Assembly (NCBI GenBank): GCA_002841765.1
Contig: PHAV01000006.1
Span: 77,975-141,974, forward strand
Direction of reading: 5' to 3'
Origin: Deltaproteobacteria bacterium HGW-Deltaproteobacteria-4
GTDB taxonomy: Bacteria; Desulfobacterota; Desulfuromonadia; Desulfuromonadales; UBA2197
DNA length: 64,000 nt
The notes beneath the pieces were generated by a model that was not told where the DNA came from, did no database searches, and saw nothing but the letters and a program-made list of their open reading frames with translations. Of the stretch, positions 45,765 through 54,426 are shown one piece after another (positions within the stretch are counted from its first letter, which is position 1; every line of letters begins with the position of its first letter). The position numbers and the translations under genes were made by a program.

Positions 45765-45796
45765 CCCCGCCAGCATTTGCTGGCGGGGTTTTTTTC
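45765..45796 (+). terminator. Intrinsic terminator after the SSS gene
   Basis: CCCCGCCAGC-ATTT-GCTGGCGGGG followed by TTTTTTT. Confidence 0.85.
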
Positions 45797-45893
45797 TATG
45801 ATTATTTGATTGCTAGAAGACCGCTTCCTCGGGTACAAACAGACGCTATAAAATTATCAATGCCTCCTGAAGGGGGCCCGATAGGAGTATCGA

Positions 45894-46265
45894 ATGTCTG
45901 ACGGAATACTTTTTAATGCCAGCATCGCAATGACATGGATCCTTTTCCTGGCGCTGTTTCCCATGACCTTTTTTTGGCTGCGTCGTGCCTGGCGTATTTT
46001 TATCAAAAAAGACTATTCCGAAGTGGCCTTGAAACATGGGGAGTCACCACCGAATCCAAAAAAATGGGCACTGGTTGTCGGGCTTCTCAATATTTTTGCC
46101 GGGTCGGTTGCCATCGCAGTGATCGTCGGCGTTGCGATCGGCCACTGGCATTACGACACCTGGACGGCTATGGCTGGTTCGACGATCTGGATCAAGCTTT
46201 TTGCTGACTTTGTCATCAGTCGTCAGGCGCACCCATTTACCAAAAAGAAAAAGAAAGAAGCTTAA
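45894..46265 (+). CDS. Hypothetical small membrane protein
   Basis: 123 aa, AGGAG RBS, 3-4 hydrophobic segments, Lys-rich tail (KKKKKEA). No family recognised. Confidence 0.5.
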   Translation: MSDGILFNASIAMTWILFLALFPMTFFWLRRAWRIFIKKDYSEVALKHGESPPNPKKWALVVGLLNIFAGSVAIAVIVGVAIGHWHYDTWTAMAGSTIWIKLFADFVISRQAHPFTKKKKKEA

Positions 46266-46312
46266 TCCTTCATTGCGGGTTCCGCTTGCGATCGGAAGAA
46301 TGCACATCCCCT

Positions 46313-46345
46313 GCGGCCCGCCTCTTTTTTGGCGGGCCGTTTTTC
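46313..46345 (+). terminator. Intrinsic terminator
   Basis: GCGGCCCGCC-TCTTTTTT-GGCGGGCCG followed by TTTTT. It overlaps the track's upstream start of the next ORF, which supports the later start at 46377. Confidence 0.7.
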
Positions 46346-46376
46346 GTCTTTGCCCTTTAACGCACGGGAGGCTGAC

Positions 46377-47822
46377 ATGAACATCGAAGAACACGTTTAT
46401 GCTCGACCCGTACGGGAGTTCTGCCGCCGGGAGCTGATCCTTTGTTCCAGCGACGACTTTGTGCAGGACGCTGCGGCGCAGATGGCGCAACAGGGGATTT
46501 CCAGTGTGATTGTCTGCGCTGACGGAGAACCGGTGGGGATCTTCACGGATCGTGACCTGCGTAACAAGGTGGTGGCTGTCGGCGGGGATGCTGCCACGCT
46601 GCGGGCTGGAGCCATCATGAGCCACCCGCTTGTCGTCGTCAGGGACGAAGATTTCCTCTTCGAAGCCGTTTATCAGATGTCCCGGCAGGGAATCCATCGT
46701 GTCGGTGTGGTCGATACAGCGGGCCGCTTGTGCGGTATGCTCACCGAATCAGATTTGATCCGGGTGCAGACCAACTCGCCGCAGCGCCTGGTGCGGCAAC
46801 TCGCAAGTGCCGGGAGTATCGCCGACCTCAAGGTCATCCACCACAACATCAATGAGCTGACCGCTTCGCTGCATCAGGTGCGGGTGCCGACCCACGATCT
46901 GATGCGCTTGATCAGTCATTTGAATGATCAGATCGTGCAGCGTCTTATCGATCTCCTGCGCCAGGAGAAATTCTCGCAGCTACCTGCCGGCTTTGCTTTT
47001 GTCGCCCTCGGAAGCGAGGGGCGCGGCGAGCAGACCCTCAAAACTGATCAGGATAATGCCATGATCTATGCGGATGATCTCTCCGCCGCAGAGGTAGCGT
47101 GTCTTGCCAGTTTTTCCGAGGCGCTGATCGCTGCTTTGATAGAGATCGGTGTGCCGGAATGTCCCGGCGGCATCATGGCAACGAATCCCTTTTGGCGGCG
47201 GAGTTTGACGGCCTGGCGGGAGGAAATCGACCAGTGGATCAATCTCCCCGATAGCGAAAGTATTCTGCACTTCTGCATGTTCAGCGATCTGCGCACCCTG
47301 GCCGGTGACCCGGAACTGGAACAGGCGATCAAGGCGCATATTGCCGCGCGGACCCGGCAGGAAACGCTCTTTTTAACCCGATTGGCGGTTCAGGCCGGAA
47401 AGTTCGTTCCCCCTCTGGGTCTGTTCGGTGGTTTTAAGGTGGCAAAGGGGGGCGAGCACCGCGGCGAGATCGATCTCAAGACGGCCGGGCTCTTTGCGCT
47501 GACCGAAGGGATCAGGGTTCTGGGGCTTTCCATCGGATTGGTGGGGGGCGGGACGCCGGAGAAGATGGCGCAACTCGTTGCGCAAGGGGTGCTGAGTCAC
47601 GAACAATACCAGGACCTGCTGGCCAGCTTCAATCTGTTGTGTCAGTTACGGCTGCAGGGGCAGTTGGAGGCGATCACCATCGGGGGCGACCCTTCGAATT
47701 ACATCGCTCCTCGTGCCCTGAACCGTGTCGAGCAAGGACGGCTGCACGTCACCCTGGAAGTGGTGAAGTCCTTTGAGACCTTTATTAAAGCGCGCTTCCG
47801 CCTCGACCTTGTCCCGGGTTAA
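46377..47822 (+). CDS. CBS-pair + DUF294-type nucleotidyltransferase + DUF294_C protein (paralog 2)
   Basis: CBS repeats (...SSVIVCADGEPVGIFTDRDL..., ...HRVGVVDTAGRLCGMLTESDL...). NTase motif VALGSEGRGEQTLKTDQDNAMIY. Start at MNIEEHV behind GGGAGG. Confidence 0.8.
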   Translation: MNIEEHVYARPVREFCRRELILCSSDDFVQDAAAQMAQQGISSVIVCADGEPVGIFTDRDLRNKVVAVGGDAATLRAGAIMSHPLVVVRDEDFLFEAVYQMSRQGIHRVGVVDTAGRLCGMLTESDLIRVQTNSPQRLVRQLASAGSIADLKVIHHNINELTASLHQVRVPTHDLMRLISHLNDQIVQRLIDLLRQEKFSQLPAGFAFVALGSEGRGEQTLKTDQDNAMIYADDLSAAEVACLASFSEALIAALIEIGVPECPGGIMATNPFWRRSLTAWREEIDQWINLPDSESILHFCMFSDLRTLAGDPELEQAIKAHIAARTRQETLFLTRLAVQAGKFVPPLGLFGGFKVAKGGEHRGEIDLKTAGLFALTEGIRVLGLSIGLVGGGTPEKMAQLVAQGVLSHEQYQDLLASFNLLCQLRLQGQLEAITIGGDPSNYIAPRALNRVEQGRLHVTLEVVKSFETFIKARFRLDLVPG

Positions 47823-47861
47823 GTTCTGGCGAGGCGGCGGCTCCGGGTAATCTTTCTTTAC

Positions 47862-48488
47862 TTAAATGACGCTGGCAACTTCTTTGTTGGGCTTTTTGCA
47901 GAGATCGAAGAGGAGCTTGCCTAACCCGAGCAGCGCCATCGCCGCAAAGAACAAGCCCCTGCCGCTCGACGGTTTTTTCCCTTCGCTGATAAAGATGACC
48001 TGCTCAGAAACCGGAATATTCATCTTTGTCAGCAACTCTTTGAGTTTGCTTGCGTTAGAGTCAGCGATCAGGCTGCTGACAGTCATCCCCTGCAGGTCAT
48101 ACTGCCCGATAAAGAGTTGCCGGTTTTCCTTGAGGAATTCAGCGCGTGTTATTTCTGTGTCGAGATCAAAGTAGTAGGTTTTGAGAGCGTTGAGGATTTG
48201 CGGATCACGAGTTTCAAACCAGATCTGCAGATCCTCTGAGGTCTCGGACGCTTTCAACGGGACCAGAAAGGAACTGATCTCCACGGTGCCGCTCATGTTG
48301 ATCGCCTGCAGCAGGTCGCGATAGCCGCCCTCTATCTTCAGCCATTCCCGCGGTGCCCCCTGTCGGGTCAGTTCTGTTATGTTGATCACGTGTGGTTCGG
48401 GGTTGCGCAGATAAAGGGCAAGGTCGGTGACGCCGAGCCAGCCGAGGACGAGACAGACGACCAGTAAAGTGACACGGAAACGTTTCAT
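47862..48488 (-). CDS. Hypothetical membrane-anchored protein (N- and C-terminal TM segments)
   Basis: MKRFRVTLLVVCLVLGWLG... and ...GLFFAAMALLGLGKLLF. Visibly lower GC than its neighbours. Start set at the second Met, giving AAGGA 8 nt upstream. Confidence 0.5.
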   Translation of the reverse strand: MKRFRVTLLVVCLVLGWLGVTDLALYLRNPEPHVINITELTRQGAPREWLKIEGGYRDLLQAINMSGTVEISSFLVPLKASETSEDLQIWFETRDPQILNALKTYYFDLDTEITRAEFLKENRQLFIGQYDLQGMTVSSLIADSNASKLKELLTKMNIPVSEQVIFISEGKKPSSGRGLFFAAMALLGLGKLLFDLCKKPNKEVASVI

Positions 48489-48503
48489 TCTTTGCATCCT
48501 TAT

Positions 48504-48534
48504 GAAAAAAAGTGGGCCGCCCGAAGGCGGCCCA
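48504..48534 (-). terminator. Intrinsic terminator after the ActP-like gene
   Basis: The minus strand reads TGGGCCGCC-TTCG-GGCGGCCCA followed by CTTTTTTT. Confidence 0.8.
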
Positions 48535-48570
48535 AAGTATTTCAGAGCATCAGCTTTGAGGCAAGTTTAA

Positions 48571-50493
48571 TCAGGCGGTTTCGACGTCGTGGCCGCGGTT
48601 GATGTCCTTCTGGGTCATCAACGAGACGAGAACCAGAGTGAGAATCGACAGCGGGATAGAAATGGCGGCCGGGCTGTTAAAGCTGATCGGCGCATCCTTG
48701 GGGAGGAGGCCGTAAAGGGCCCACATGTCCGGGGAGATGAGGATCAGGCCGAGGGAGCTGACAATGCCGACGATGATCGAGGCGGAGATGCCGCGAGCGG
48801 TTGTCTTGCTCCAGAAAAGGAGCATGAGAATGGCGGGGAGATTCGCCGAGGCAGCAACCGCAAAGGCCCAGCCGACCAGGAAGGAGACGTTCATCCCTTC
48901 GAACATGATCCCGAGGTAGATGGCGATACAGCCGACGACGACCGCAGAGATCTTGCCGGCGCGGACTTTGCCGGTATCGCTCATTTTCATGTTGAAGTAG
49001 TTGTCCATCAGGTCATGGGCAACAGCGCCGGAGGCGGCAACGATCAGCCCTGATACAGTGCCGAGGACTGTAGCAAAGGCCAGGGAAGAGATGATTGCAA
49101 AGAGGATAACCCCGAAGGAGAGGGCCAGAAGCGGTGCGGACATATTGTTGTCGGTGAGATTAATGACACCGTTGGTCATGGCGCCGACCCCCATGAAGAG
49201 GGTGAGGAGATAAAAGAAACCGATGGCAGCGATGGCGACGATAGTCGATTTGCGGGCTGCCGCCTGGCTCGGAACCGTGTAATAGCGGATGAGGATGTGG
49301 GGGAGAGCCGCAGTCCCGCAAAAGAGGGCGAGCATCAGCGAAACGAAGTTGAAGGTCTCGGTCGGGGTGGCGTTGTCGACCTTGAACTTGAGGCCGGGCC
49401 GGAGAATCCGCGAGCCGGGGGTCGGTTTCTGGAAGAAGATTTCAGCCTTCTCCTTGCCGTCGACAACGTAGGTTTTACCCCAGAGGACGATTGTCGAATC
49501 CTTGATCGCCGAAAGATAGGCAAAGGGGCCGACGGCGCCGGTGGTGATGACTTCCTTGCCGTTCATCCGCAGTTCTTTGACGTGGCCGACCGGGAAGAAG
49601 TCACCGGCCTCTTTGGCGGCACCGTTATAAAGCTTGGTGCCGTCTGCTTTGGTGGTGACATAAAGCGTCTGCTCAAGAGTGAAGCCAGCGTCATTCCTGG
49701 CAAGTTTCCAGATCGTCTCTTTGCCGTCTTTGGCGAGTTTGACAAACCCGGCTTTGCCGTAGGCCGAATCGAGACCGGCAACAACCGTATAGGCAGGATC
49801 GCTGATCTCCAGCGCGGCGGTCGCGGTCAGAGGTTTGAAGTCATGATATGCAACGCCGTTATTCACCGGTGTGGTCGAGAGACCGCGAACCAGAACCATA
49901 ACGACGACGACCGTCGACATGATCAACAGCAGGGCGCCTTTGAAGAACTGAACATAGGTGGTCGAGGCCATCCCTGCGGTGGCGACGATAATGGTGACAA
50001 CAATACCGACGATGCAGACGCCAACCCAGTGCGGCAGACCGAGGAGGGGCTGGACGAGGACGCCGGCGCCGACCATCTGCGGGATGAGGTAGAAGACCGA
50101 GACCATCAGGGTGGAGATTGCGGCGGTGAGCTGAATCGACTTGGAGTTGAATTTGGAGTCGAGAGCATCGGTAAAGGTGTATTTACCGAGGCGTTTCATC
50201 GGCTCGGCAACGAGGAAGAGAGCGACGACCCAGCCGGCGAGGTAGCCGATCGAGTACATCCAGCCGTCATAACCGGAGGTCGCGATCATGCCGCAGATGC
50301 CGAGGAAGGAGGCTGCCGAGAGGTAGTCGCCGGCAAAGGCGATACCGTTGGTGAACCAGTGAACGTTGCCGCCGGCAGCATAATAGCTGGAAGCGGAACT
50401 GGTACGGCGGCCAAGGTAGAAGGAGAGGCCGAGGACGAAGGCGACAAACGTGATGAAGAGGCCGATAGCTAACGGAGACTGTGCGTAGATCAT
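48571..50493 (-). CDS. Cation/acetate symporter ActP-like SSS transporter with a large hydrophilic insertion (640 aa)
   Basis: YYAAGGNVHWFTNGIAFAGDYLSAASFLG and GTAALPHILIRYYTVPS blocks, as in ActP. AAGGGAGAA RBS. Preceded by a DUF485 gene, as in yjcH-actP. Confidence 0.8.
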   Translation of the reverse strand: MIYAQSPLAIGLFITFVAFVLGLSFYLGRRTSSASSYYAAGGNVHWFTNGIAFAGDYLSAASFLGICGMIATSGYDGWMYSIGYLAGWVVALFLVAEPMKRLGKYTFTDALDSKFNSKSIQLTAAISTLMVSVFYLIPQMVGAGVLVQPLLGLPHWVGVCIVGIVVTIIVATAGMASTTYVQFFKGALLLIMSTVVVVMVLVRGLSTTPVNNGVAYHDFKPLTATAALEISDPAYTVVAGLDSAYGKAGFVKLAKDGKETIWKLARNDAGFTLEQTLYVTTKADGTKLYNGAAKEAGDFFPVGHVKELRMNGKEVITTGAVGPFAYLSAIKDSTIVLWGKTYVVDGKEKAEIFFQKPTPGSRILRPGLKFKVDNATPTETFNFVSLMLALFCGTAALPHILIRYYTVPSQAAARKSTIVAIAAIGFFYLLTLFMGVGAMTNGVINLTDNNMSAPLLALSFGVILFAIISSLAFATVLGTVSGLIVAASGAVAHDLMDNYFNMKMSDTGKVRAGKISAVVVGCIAIYLGIMFEGMNVSFLVGWAFAVAASANLPAILMLLFWSKTTARGISASIIVGIVSSLGLILISPDMWALYGLLPKDAPISFNSPAAISIPLSILTLVLVSLMTQKDINRGHDVETA

Positions 50494-50508
50494 GTTATGG
50501 TTTCTCCC

Positions 50509-50775
50509 TTAACCGTTCAGGTCAGACTCTGCTTTGGTGCAGAGATGGTTGTAGATGACAGCTTGGAACAGCGCCAGAGCGATCAGCCCAAAGCCCCAGA
50601 GGACGGCGGCAGTCTGCCCCATCACTGTGGTTTCCATCGCTTTGGGATTGGTAGCAATGATGACGACATACGTAAAGTAAACGATGGTATAAAAGACAAA
50701 CATCTTTACTCCGAGTTTGGTCTTGTAGGCGGCCGCTTCGTCCTTGCCCAGTTTTACGGCGGGTCCATGTCCCAT
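50509..50775 (-). CDS. DUF485 (YjcH-like) small membrane protein
   Basis: 88 aa from MGHGPAVKLG... behind AAAGGAG. Two TM segments, immediately upstream of the ActP-like gene. Confidence 0.7.
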   Translation of the reverse strand: MGHGPAVKLGKDEAAAYKTKLGVKMFVFYTIVYFTYVVIIATNPKAMETTVMGQTAAVLWGFGLIALALFQAVIYNHLCTKAESDLNG

Positions 50776-50877
50776 GATAATCACTCCTTTGAATAATGTT
50801 TGTGGGGGAACTCTTCCGGCTCCCGCACAAAATGAAGAAAAAAACCTGCAAATGGCGCAGATCACCGACAGTAGAAC

Positions 50878-50942
50878 ACAAGATATGATTGAAAATACAA
50901 GATGTTATGCTGACTATTGTGGTAAATTATGCGTTATCTTGT
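50878..50942. promoter_or_regulatory. Three copies of an ACAAGAT motif (two direct, one inverted) in the divergent promoter region
   Basis: ACAAGAT at 50878-50884 and 50897-50903. ATCTTGT at 50936-50942. Extended similarity A(C/T)ACAAGAT(A/G). Confidence 0.35.
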
Positions 50943-51310
50943 GTTATTAGATCCGCGCCATAATATGTTGTTATAAAATCATGTCAACAAAAAATGTATA
51001 AAATATCTGGTTTTTTGTCGGGCTGGCAGAATTTTGTTTTTAGAGCGTGAAGAAGGAGTTCCATAAGTTCGGTGACTTGGAGAACATTTAGAATAGTGTT
51101 TGAGATGACTGGTAAATGGGACCATATCTGTATGGCGGATGAGGTGGAACTTTTCTAATGATTTGACAGCGCACCGGGAGGATTTTTGCCAACAAAGCAA
51201 CGATGATGAAAGCATTTGAAAACTGATTTGTTTTGAACTTAGTGTTATATAGATGGGGAAGGTTTTGCACCTTCCTGGTTGTCCCATTCTTTCTTTCGCG
51301 GAGCAATCCC

Positions 51311-52540
51311 ATGCCCCAGCGTCATGCTCCTCTACCGGAGAAATCGAGCGACTTCATCACCGGAATCACCCGACAGGTGCGGGAGTACATGCTCAGCCTC
51401 GACCGGGCAGAAGCCGAAGCTCTGTTGGGGCAGTTGCGGCAACGGGTGGAGGAGGAAAGTGTTGCTCTTGCCACCGTGCAGTCGACCCATACACAGTTGC
51501 TGCAACAGGTCGCGGTCAGTGCTGACTATCAGGAGTTGGCCGCGATTCACCGGCAGTTGAACGAGCTTGAGATCACACGTTTTGAAGCTGTCCCCTCAGT
51601 GCCGGCTTTGCATTATGCCTGCACCCGCTACCGTAATCTCCTCGCTGCCCGGACGATGACGCTGGTTGAAGCGGATATGGTTGGCAGCGGGGCGGGCCCG
51701 GCCCCGGTGCTGTATGCGCTGCTGAGTATGGGGAGTGACGGTCGTTACGAGCAGACGCTGATTACGGATCAGGATTATCTTCTCGTTTATGCCGATGGTG
51801 GTGCTGCCGGGGTCGACAGTTACTTTGTCACCTTCTCGGCGCAACTCGTTGACCGGCTCGCCGAGGTCGGGTTTAAAAAGTGCAGCGGCGAGATCATGCC
51901 GTCGAATCCGACCTGGCGGGGGTCGCTGCAGCAGTGGAAGCGCCGGATCCTGGCGATTGTCTGCTATGAATATGATGAATACGCCAAAAATCTCATGGAT
52001 CTGATCGTCCTCTCCGATGCCCGTTTTATCGCCGGGGAGCAGTCCCTGGCCGAAGCTCTGATCGTGGTGATTCGGGATTTTGAGCGCAGTTATTTCCAGG
52101 TCATCTATGGGATGGCAAAGGCCGCGACCGAGATGAAGGTCGGCCTTCGCTGGTTCGGGCGGCTCTGGACCGAGAAGAAGGGAGCGCATCAGGGCGAAAT
52201 GAACATCAAGCTCCTTGGCTGGGCGGCGCTGGTGATGAATGTGCGCATCCTCGCCGTCAACCATAATATCATTGAAACCTCGACGCTGCAGCGCATCGAC
52301 AAACTCGAGTTAGCGCGCAGTTTCTCCGCCAAATTTGCCGCCGGCTTGCGCAGTGCCTATCTGCTCTTGACCCGCCTGCGCATCCAGTTGCAAATTCGCG
52401 AACTGCGCGGCCTGCAGGAAGATTCTTATTATCTACAACTTCAAACCCTGAGCCTGCGCGAACAGGAGGAGTTGCGCCAGGCCCTGCGGCGCATTGAAGA
52501 GTTGCAGAAGATTATCCATACCAATTTCACCATTGTTTGA
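51311..52540 (+). CDS. DUF294-type nucleotidyltransferase + DUF294_C protein without CBS domains (paralog 3)
   Basis: NTase motif LSMGSDGRYEQTLITDQDYLLVY. The N-terminal ~110 aa is helical/coiled-coil-like instead of CBS. Start set at MPQRHAPL. Confidence 0.7.
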   Translation: MPQRHAPLPEKSSDFITGITRQVREYMLSLDRAEAEALLGQLRQRVEEESVALATVQSTHTQLLQQVAVSADYQELAAIHRQLNELEITRFEAVPSVPALHYACTRYRNLLAARTMTLVEADMVGSGAGPAPVLYALLSMGSDGRYEQTLITDQDYLLVYADGGAAGVDSYFVTFSAQLVDRLAEVGFKKCSGEIMPSNPTWRGSLQQWKRRILAIVCYEYDEYAKNLMDLIVLSDARFIAGEQSLAEALIVVIRDFERSYFQVIYGMAKAATEMKVGLRWFGRLWTEKKGAHQGEMNIKLLGWAALVMNVRILAVNHNIIETSTLQRIDKLELARSFSAKFAAGLRSAYLLLTRLRIQLQIRELRGLQEDSYYLQLQTLSLREQEELRQALRRIEELQKIIHTNFTIV

Positions 52541-52568
52541 ACGGTGCAGCTTGCAAAGGAGTCCTTCT

Positions 52569-53036
52569 ATGAGTCAAGCCGGAGTGGTACGGATCCAGCA
52601 TTTGATGAGAATTCACAGCATTGTGCAGGGGGTTTTGATGGCGCTCCTGCTCTTTGTTGCCTGGAAATTACAGCAGGTCTATGCGGTAAAAGGGGCGCTG
52701 AAGCTCTTCTTCAACAGCATCTATCTGACCCTGGGGTTGCAGGTCCTCTTTTTTTATCCGATTTATCGTTTTGCCGCCAGGGAGGCATCGGCTGAACTCA
52801 CGGCGCCCAAGGCAAAAAAGGAGCAAGAGCAAAAGGCGTTGCAACGGCAGCGCATCGTTGCCTCTCTCAGCAAAGCGGCGGTCTTTATCTTCTACGGCAC
52901 CTTGATCGCCAGTGCTCCGGCCGGCACCTTTGTCAGTAGTGCGGCGTTTTTCTCCTTTTTCGCGACAACGCTGACCTATCTGCAATGTTTCAACTTTGCC
53001 GCGAACAGGTTGCTCCTTTCACCGAAAAAGCGTTAA
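52569..53036 (+). CDS. Hypothetical membrane protein
   Basis: 155 aa from MSQAGVV behind AAAGGAG. Four hydrophobic segments. No family recognised. Confidence 0.45.
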   Translation: MSQAGVVRIQHLMRIHSIVQGVLMALLLFVAWKLQQVYAVKGALKLFFNSIYLTLGLQVLFFYPIYRFAAREASAELTAPKAKKEQEQKALQRQRIVASLSKAAVFIFYGTLIASAPAGTFVSSAAFFSFFATTLTYLQCFNFAANRLLLSPKKR

Positions 53037-53041
53037 AGACT

Positions 53042-53824
53042 TTAACCCCCTCGTTTTCGTCCCCGCCAGTCGTTGATGCTCCAGGCGATTTGTGTCCACA
53101 TGCCGCGCAGCAGGGCCACCTCTTCCTGGTCGGGCCGGGTCCTGCTCAGGAGGTGGTGCAGCTTGTTCCGTACCCCGGCCGGTGAACTCGGATTCAGGAA
53201 GGCGATCCTTTCGAGGACCGCATCCATCTGTCCGAGCATGGCCTGCAGTTCTGCCTGCTGCGGGAGAGTTGCGTCCTCCGGCACTATCGATGGCGGGGAG
53301 GTCTGCGTCTGCGGCCGGAAAATTTCGTAAAGGAAGAGGAGGACGGCCTGGGCGAGATTGAGGGAGCCGAGTTCGTTTGTCGTCGCCACGGTGGCGGCGT
53401 GGGAGCAGAGGGCGACTTCCTCACTGCTGAGGCCGCTATCCTCGCGGCCAAAGACCAGGGCAATCCGCGTGTCAGGCGGCAGGGTCGCCAGCAGTTCCGG
53501 TACGGCGGTGCTGTCGAGAAGATCGCCGCGTAATCGCCCGCTACGGCGGGTGGTGGCGATGGAGAGATGGCAGTCGGCGAGGGCGTCGGGCAGGCTGCTG
53601 TAAACTTTCGCCGTGCCGAGGAGAGGATGCGCATTGACGGCGAACTTGCGCGCTTCGGGGTGGAGGTGCGGGCAGGGATTGACCAGACGTAAGTCTGTGA
53701 CGCCAAAGTTGGACATGGCGCGCACAGTGGCGCCGATATTCCCCGGCTGCTGCGGCGAGCAGAGGATGATGGCGAGGCGCTGCGGTTGGAGGTTCGCCAT
53801 GTCAGCATTTCCATCCTTCTTCAT
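53042..53824 (-). CDS. SpoU/TrmH-class RNA 2'-O-methyltransferase (TrmJ-like)
   Basis: LAIILCSPQQPGNIGATVRAMSNFG and LVFGREDSGLS...LNLAQAV blocks of the SPOUT/TrmJ group. Confidence 0.75.
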   Translation of the reverse strand: MKKDGNADMANLQPQRLAIILCSPQQPGNIGATVRAMSNFGVTDLRLVNPCPHLHPEARKFAVNAHPLLGTAKVYSSLPDALADCHLSIATTRRSGRLRGDLLDSTAVPELLATLPPDTRIALVFGREDSGLSSEEVALCSHAATVATTNELGSLNLAQAVLLFLYEIFRPQTQTSPPSIVPEDATLPQQAELQAMLGQMDAVLERIAFLNPSSPAGVRNKLHHLLSRTRPDQEEVALLRGMWTQIAWSINDWRGRKRGG

Positions 53825-53860
53825 CGTTGCTCCCGCTTGTGTCAGAAAGTCTGACCGTTC

Positions 53861-54370
53861 TCACTTGCCACCTGTCGGGGTAAAGTTCAGGGCGGCGGAG
53901 TTCATGCAGTAGCGCAGTCCGGTCGGCGCCGGACCGTCGTTAAAGACGTGGCCGAGATGGCCGCCGCAGCGGGCGCAAAGGACCTCGGTCCGCACCGAGA
54001 AAAAGCCGCGATCCTCTTTGGTCTGGACATTTTCCTGCGCAATCGGTGCAAAGAAGCTCGGCCAACCAGTACCGGAATCGTATTTATCCCCGGAACGGAA
54101 GAGCTCCAGGCCGCAGCCGGCACAGGAATAGATCCCCTCCGCATGATGGTCGTGGAATTTATTGCTGAAGGGTCGTTCGGTCCCGGCCTCGCGTAAAACA
54201 TGATACTGCTCAGCCGTCAATTGCTTCTTCCACTCTGCCGGACTCTTGCTGATCGTCTCACTCATGATCAATCCTTTGCTGGCGGTTGAATAGACCTGAA
54301 TCGGGGCGGCGAAGGCTGGTGTCACCAGCAGCAGCCAGAGTAGCCATCCGTAAAATAGCTGTTTAGTCAT
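53861..54370 (-). CDS. msrB: Peptide-methionine (R)-S-oxide reductase with a signal peptide
   Basis: CAGCG...GWPSF...CARCGGHLGHVFNDGP...RYCMNS. N-terminus MTKQLFYGWLLWLLLVTPAFA behind AAAGGAGG. Confidence 0.85.
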   Translation of the reverse strand: MTKQLFYGWLLWLLLVTPAFAAPIQVYSTASKGLIMSETISKSPAEWKKQLTAEQYHVLREAGTERPFSNKFHDHHAEGIYSCAGCGLELFRSGDKYDSGTGWPSFFAPIAQENVQTKEDRGFFSVRTEVLCARCGGHLGHVFNDGPAPTGLRYCMNSAALNFTPTGGK

Positions 54371-54426
54371 AGGGCCTCCTTTGCCTGGGTTTGTCAGCAA
54401 AGTATAGCGCATTCCCCGGGATCCAG

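Noticed and set aside
49297-50472. 391-aa plus-strand ORF antisense to the ActP-like gene
   Set aside because: Gly/Asp/Arg-rich shadow. The minus-strand gene has ActP blocks, an RBS and a terminator.
51022-51040. Sigma54-like CTGGCAGAATTTTGTTTT in the actP / DUF294 divergent region
   Set aside because: The -12 element reads TTTGT rather than TTGC (the GC dinucleotide is missing), and it lies about 280 nt from the nearest start codon.
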